NCBI RefSeq assembly: GCF_009914755.1
Contig: NC_060926.1
Length of the DNA: 64,000 bases
Strand: one strand, 5' to 3'
From: the human T2T-CHM13v2.0 reference genome, Homo sapiens
The notes below the pieces were generated by a model. It did no database searches. It was not told where the DNA came from and saw only the letters and a program-made list of their open reading frames with translations. A program made the position numbers and the translations under genes. Shown one piece after another: positions 63,145 through 64,000 of the stretch; positions within the stretch are counted from its first letter, which is position 1; the number at the start of each line of letters is the position of its first letter.

Positions 63145-63950
63145 TACATCACTTAGGATGCTTTAAGCTGCAGAAAACTGAAACCCAAAGCCAAGTGGCT
63201 TACATAGTCCCAAACATGTATTATCTTACAACAAGAAGTTCAGAGGTAAGGATGCACCAGAGTGCACTTGGCTTCTCAATGATATCATTAAGAATCCAGA
63301 TTCATTCTGTCTCTCAGTTTTCTCATATCAGGAAGTTGACCCTTCCATAGGTCAGCTCATCTTGTGTTTGCAAGATTCTGCGGCAGTTCTGGGTTATTAT
63401 ATCCATTTTTGAAAACATACGGAGGAAGAAATGGGACTATCACTTACTCAGTGATTCCTACAATCCATAAATAAACTTTTCTGGATGACACTCAGCAAAC
63501 TTCTCATCAAAGCTCAGTGTTTGCAATTTTGTTGCACATCTACAAATAATCCAATCACAAGGGAAACAAGGCCATGATGACTGATTCACACCAAAGATTT
63601 CCAAACTCTTTGATTGTGACCCACGATAGAATTGTTTTTACATTGACACCAAGTACATATGTATACATAATTTTTTAAGTTTTTATGAGATTTTTCTTAG
63701 CCTGTCTCTAATCTGTATGTAACCTGATATTTCCTATTCTATGTAATTTGAGGCACAATAATATGACCCACTGATTTGATTTTAGGATTTACTAATTATT
63801 GTGATTCATAGTTGGAATAATGTTGTCCTAGACCAATAACAATCTACTTCAAATGCTAGGCTGTGAATCAGTTGAAGTAAGAGTAGATGTGCAAACTAAA
63901 TTAAAATTAGGGAAAAAACGAAAGTGGCCTTTGGTGGAGGCAAATAGCAT
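63145..63950. mobile_element. Old MLT1 (J/K-like) LTR interrupted by a hAT-like DNA element (~63593-63826)
   Basis: ggatgctttaagctgcagaaaactgaaaccca...aacaagaagttcagaggt; the insert begins caaagatttccaaact; LTR-like sequence resumes at tagaccaat. Confidence 0.5.
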
Positions 63951-64000
63951 CTGCTCAGTTTTTACTTAGTAATTTTTATTTATATTTTTAATTTTAATTT

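Overview
Eukaryotic, AT-rich, CpG-poor primate (human-like) genomic DNA made up mostly of interspersed repeats. I found no host protein-coding exon, RNA gene, CRISPR array or prokaryotic feature, and almost all short ORFs in the track are chance or repeat-derived. Main contents: a full-length L1PA4-like LINE-1 (41195-47340, TSD AAGAATTAAAT); an older near-full-length L1PA15/16-like element nested in an ancient L1M; a 5'-inverted L1MB-like insertion; a two-LTR THE1C provirus carrying an Alu; about a dozen solo LTRs (MaLR, ERV1, ERVL); six Alus, all on the minus strand; and MIR, L2 and DNA-transposon relics. The most notable structure is in the young L1. A templated inverted micro-insertion (14-bp perfect hairpin) splits ORF2 at the endonuclease boundary, leaving an open 243-aa endonuclease ORF and an open 1010-aa RT ORF. 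I see no support for a genuinely new biological system. Subfamily names come from recalled consensus sequences and need RepeatMasker/Dfam confirmation; boundaries of old elements are approximate.
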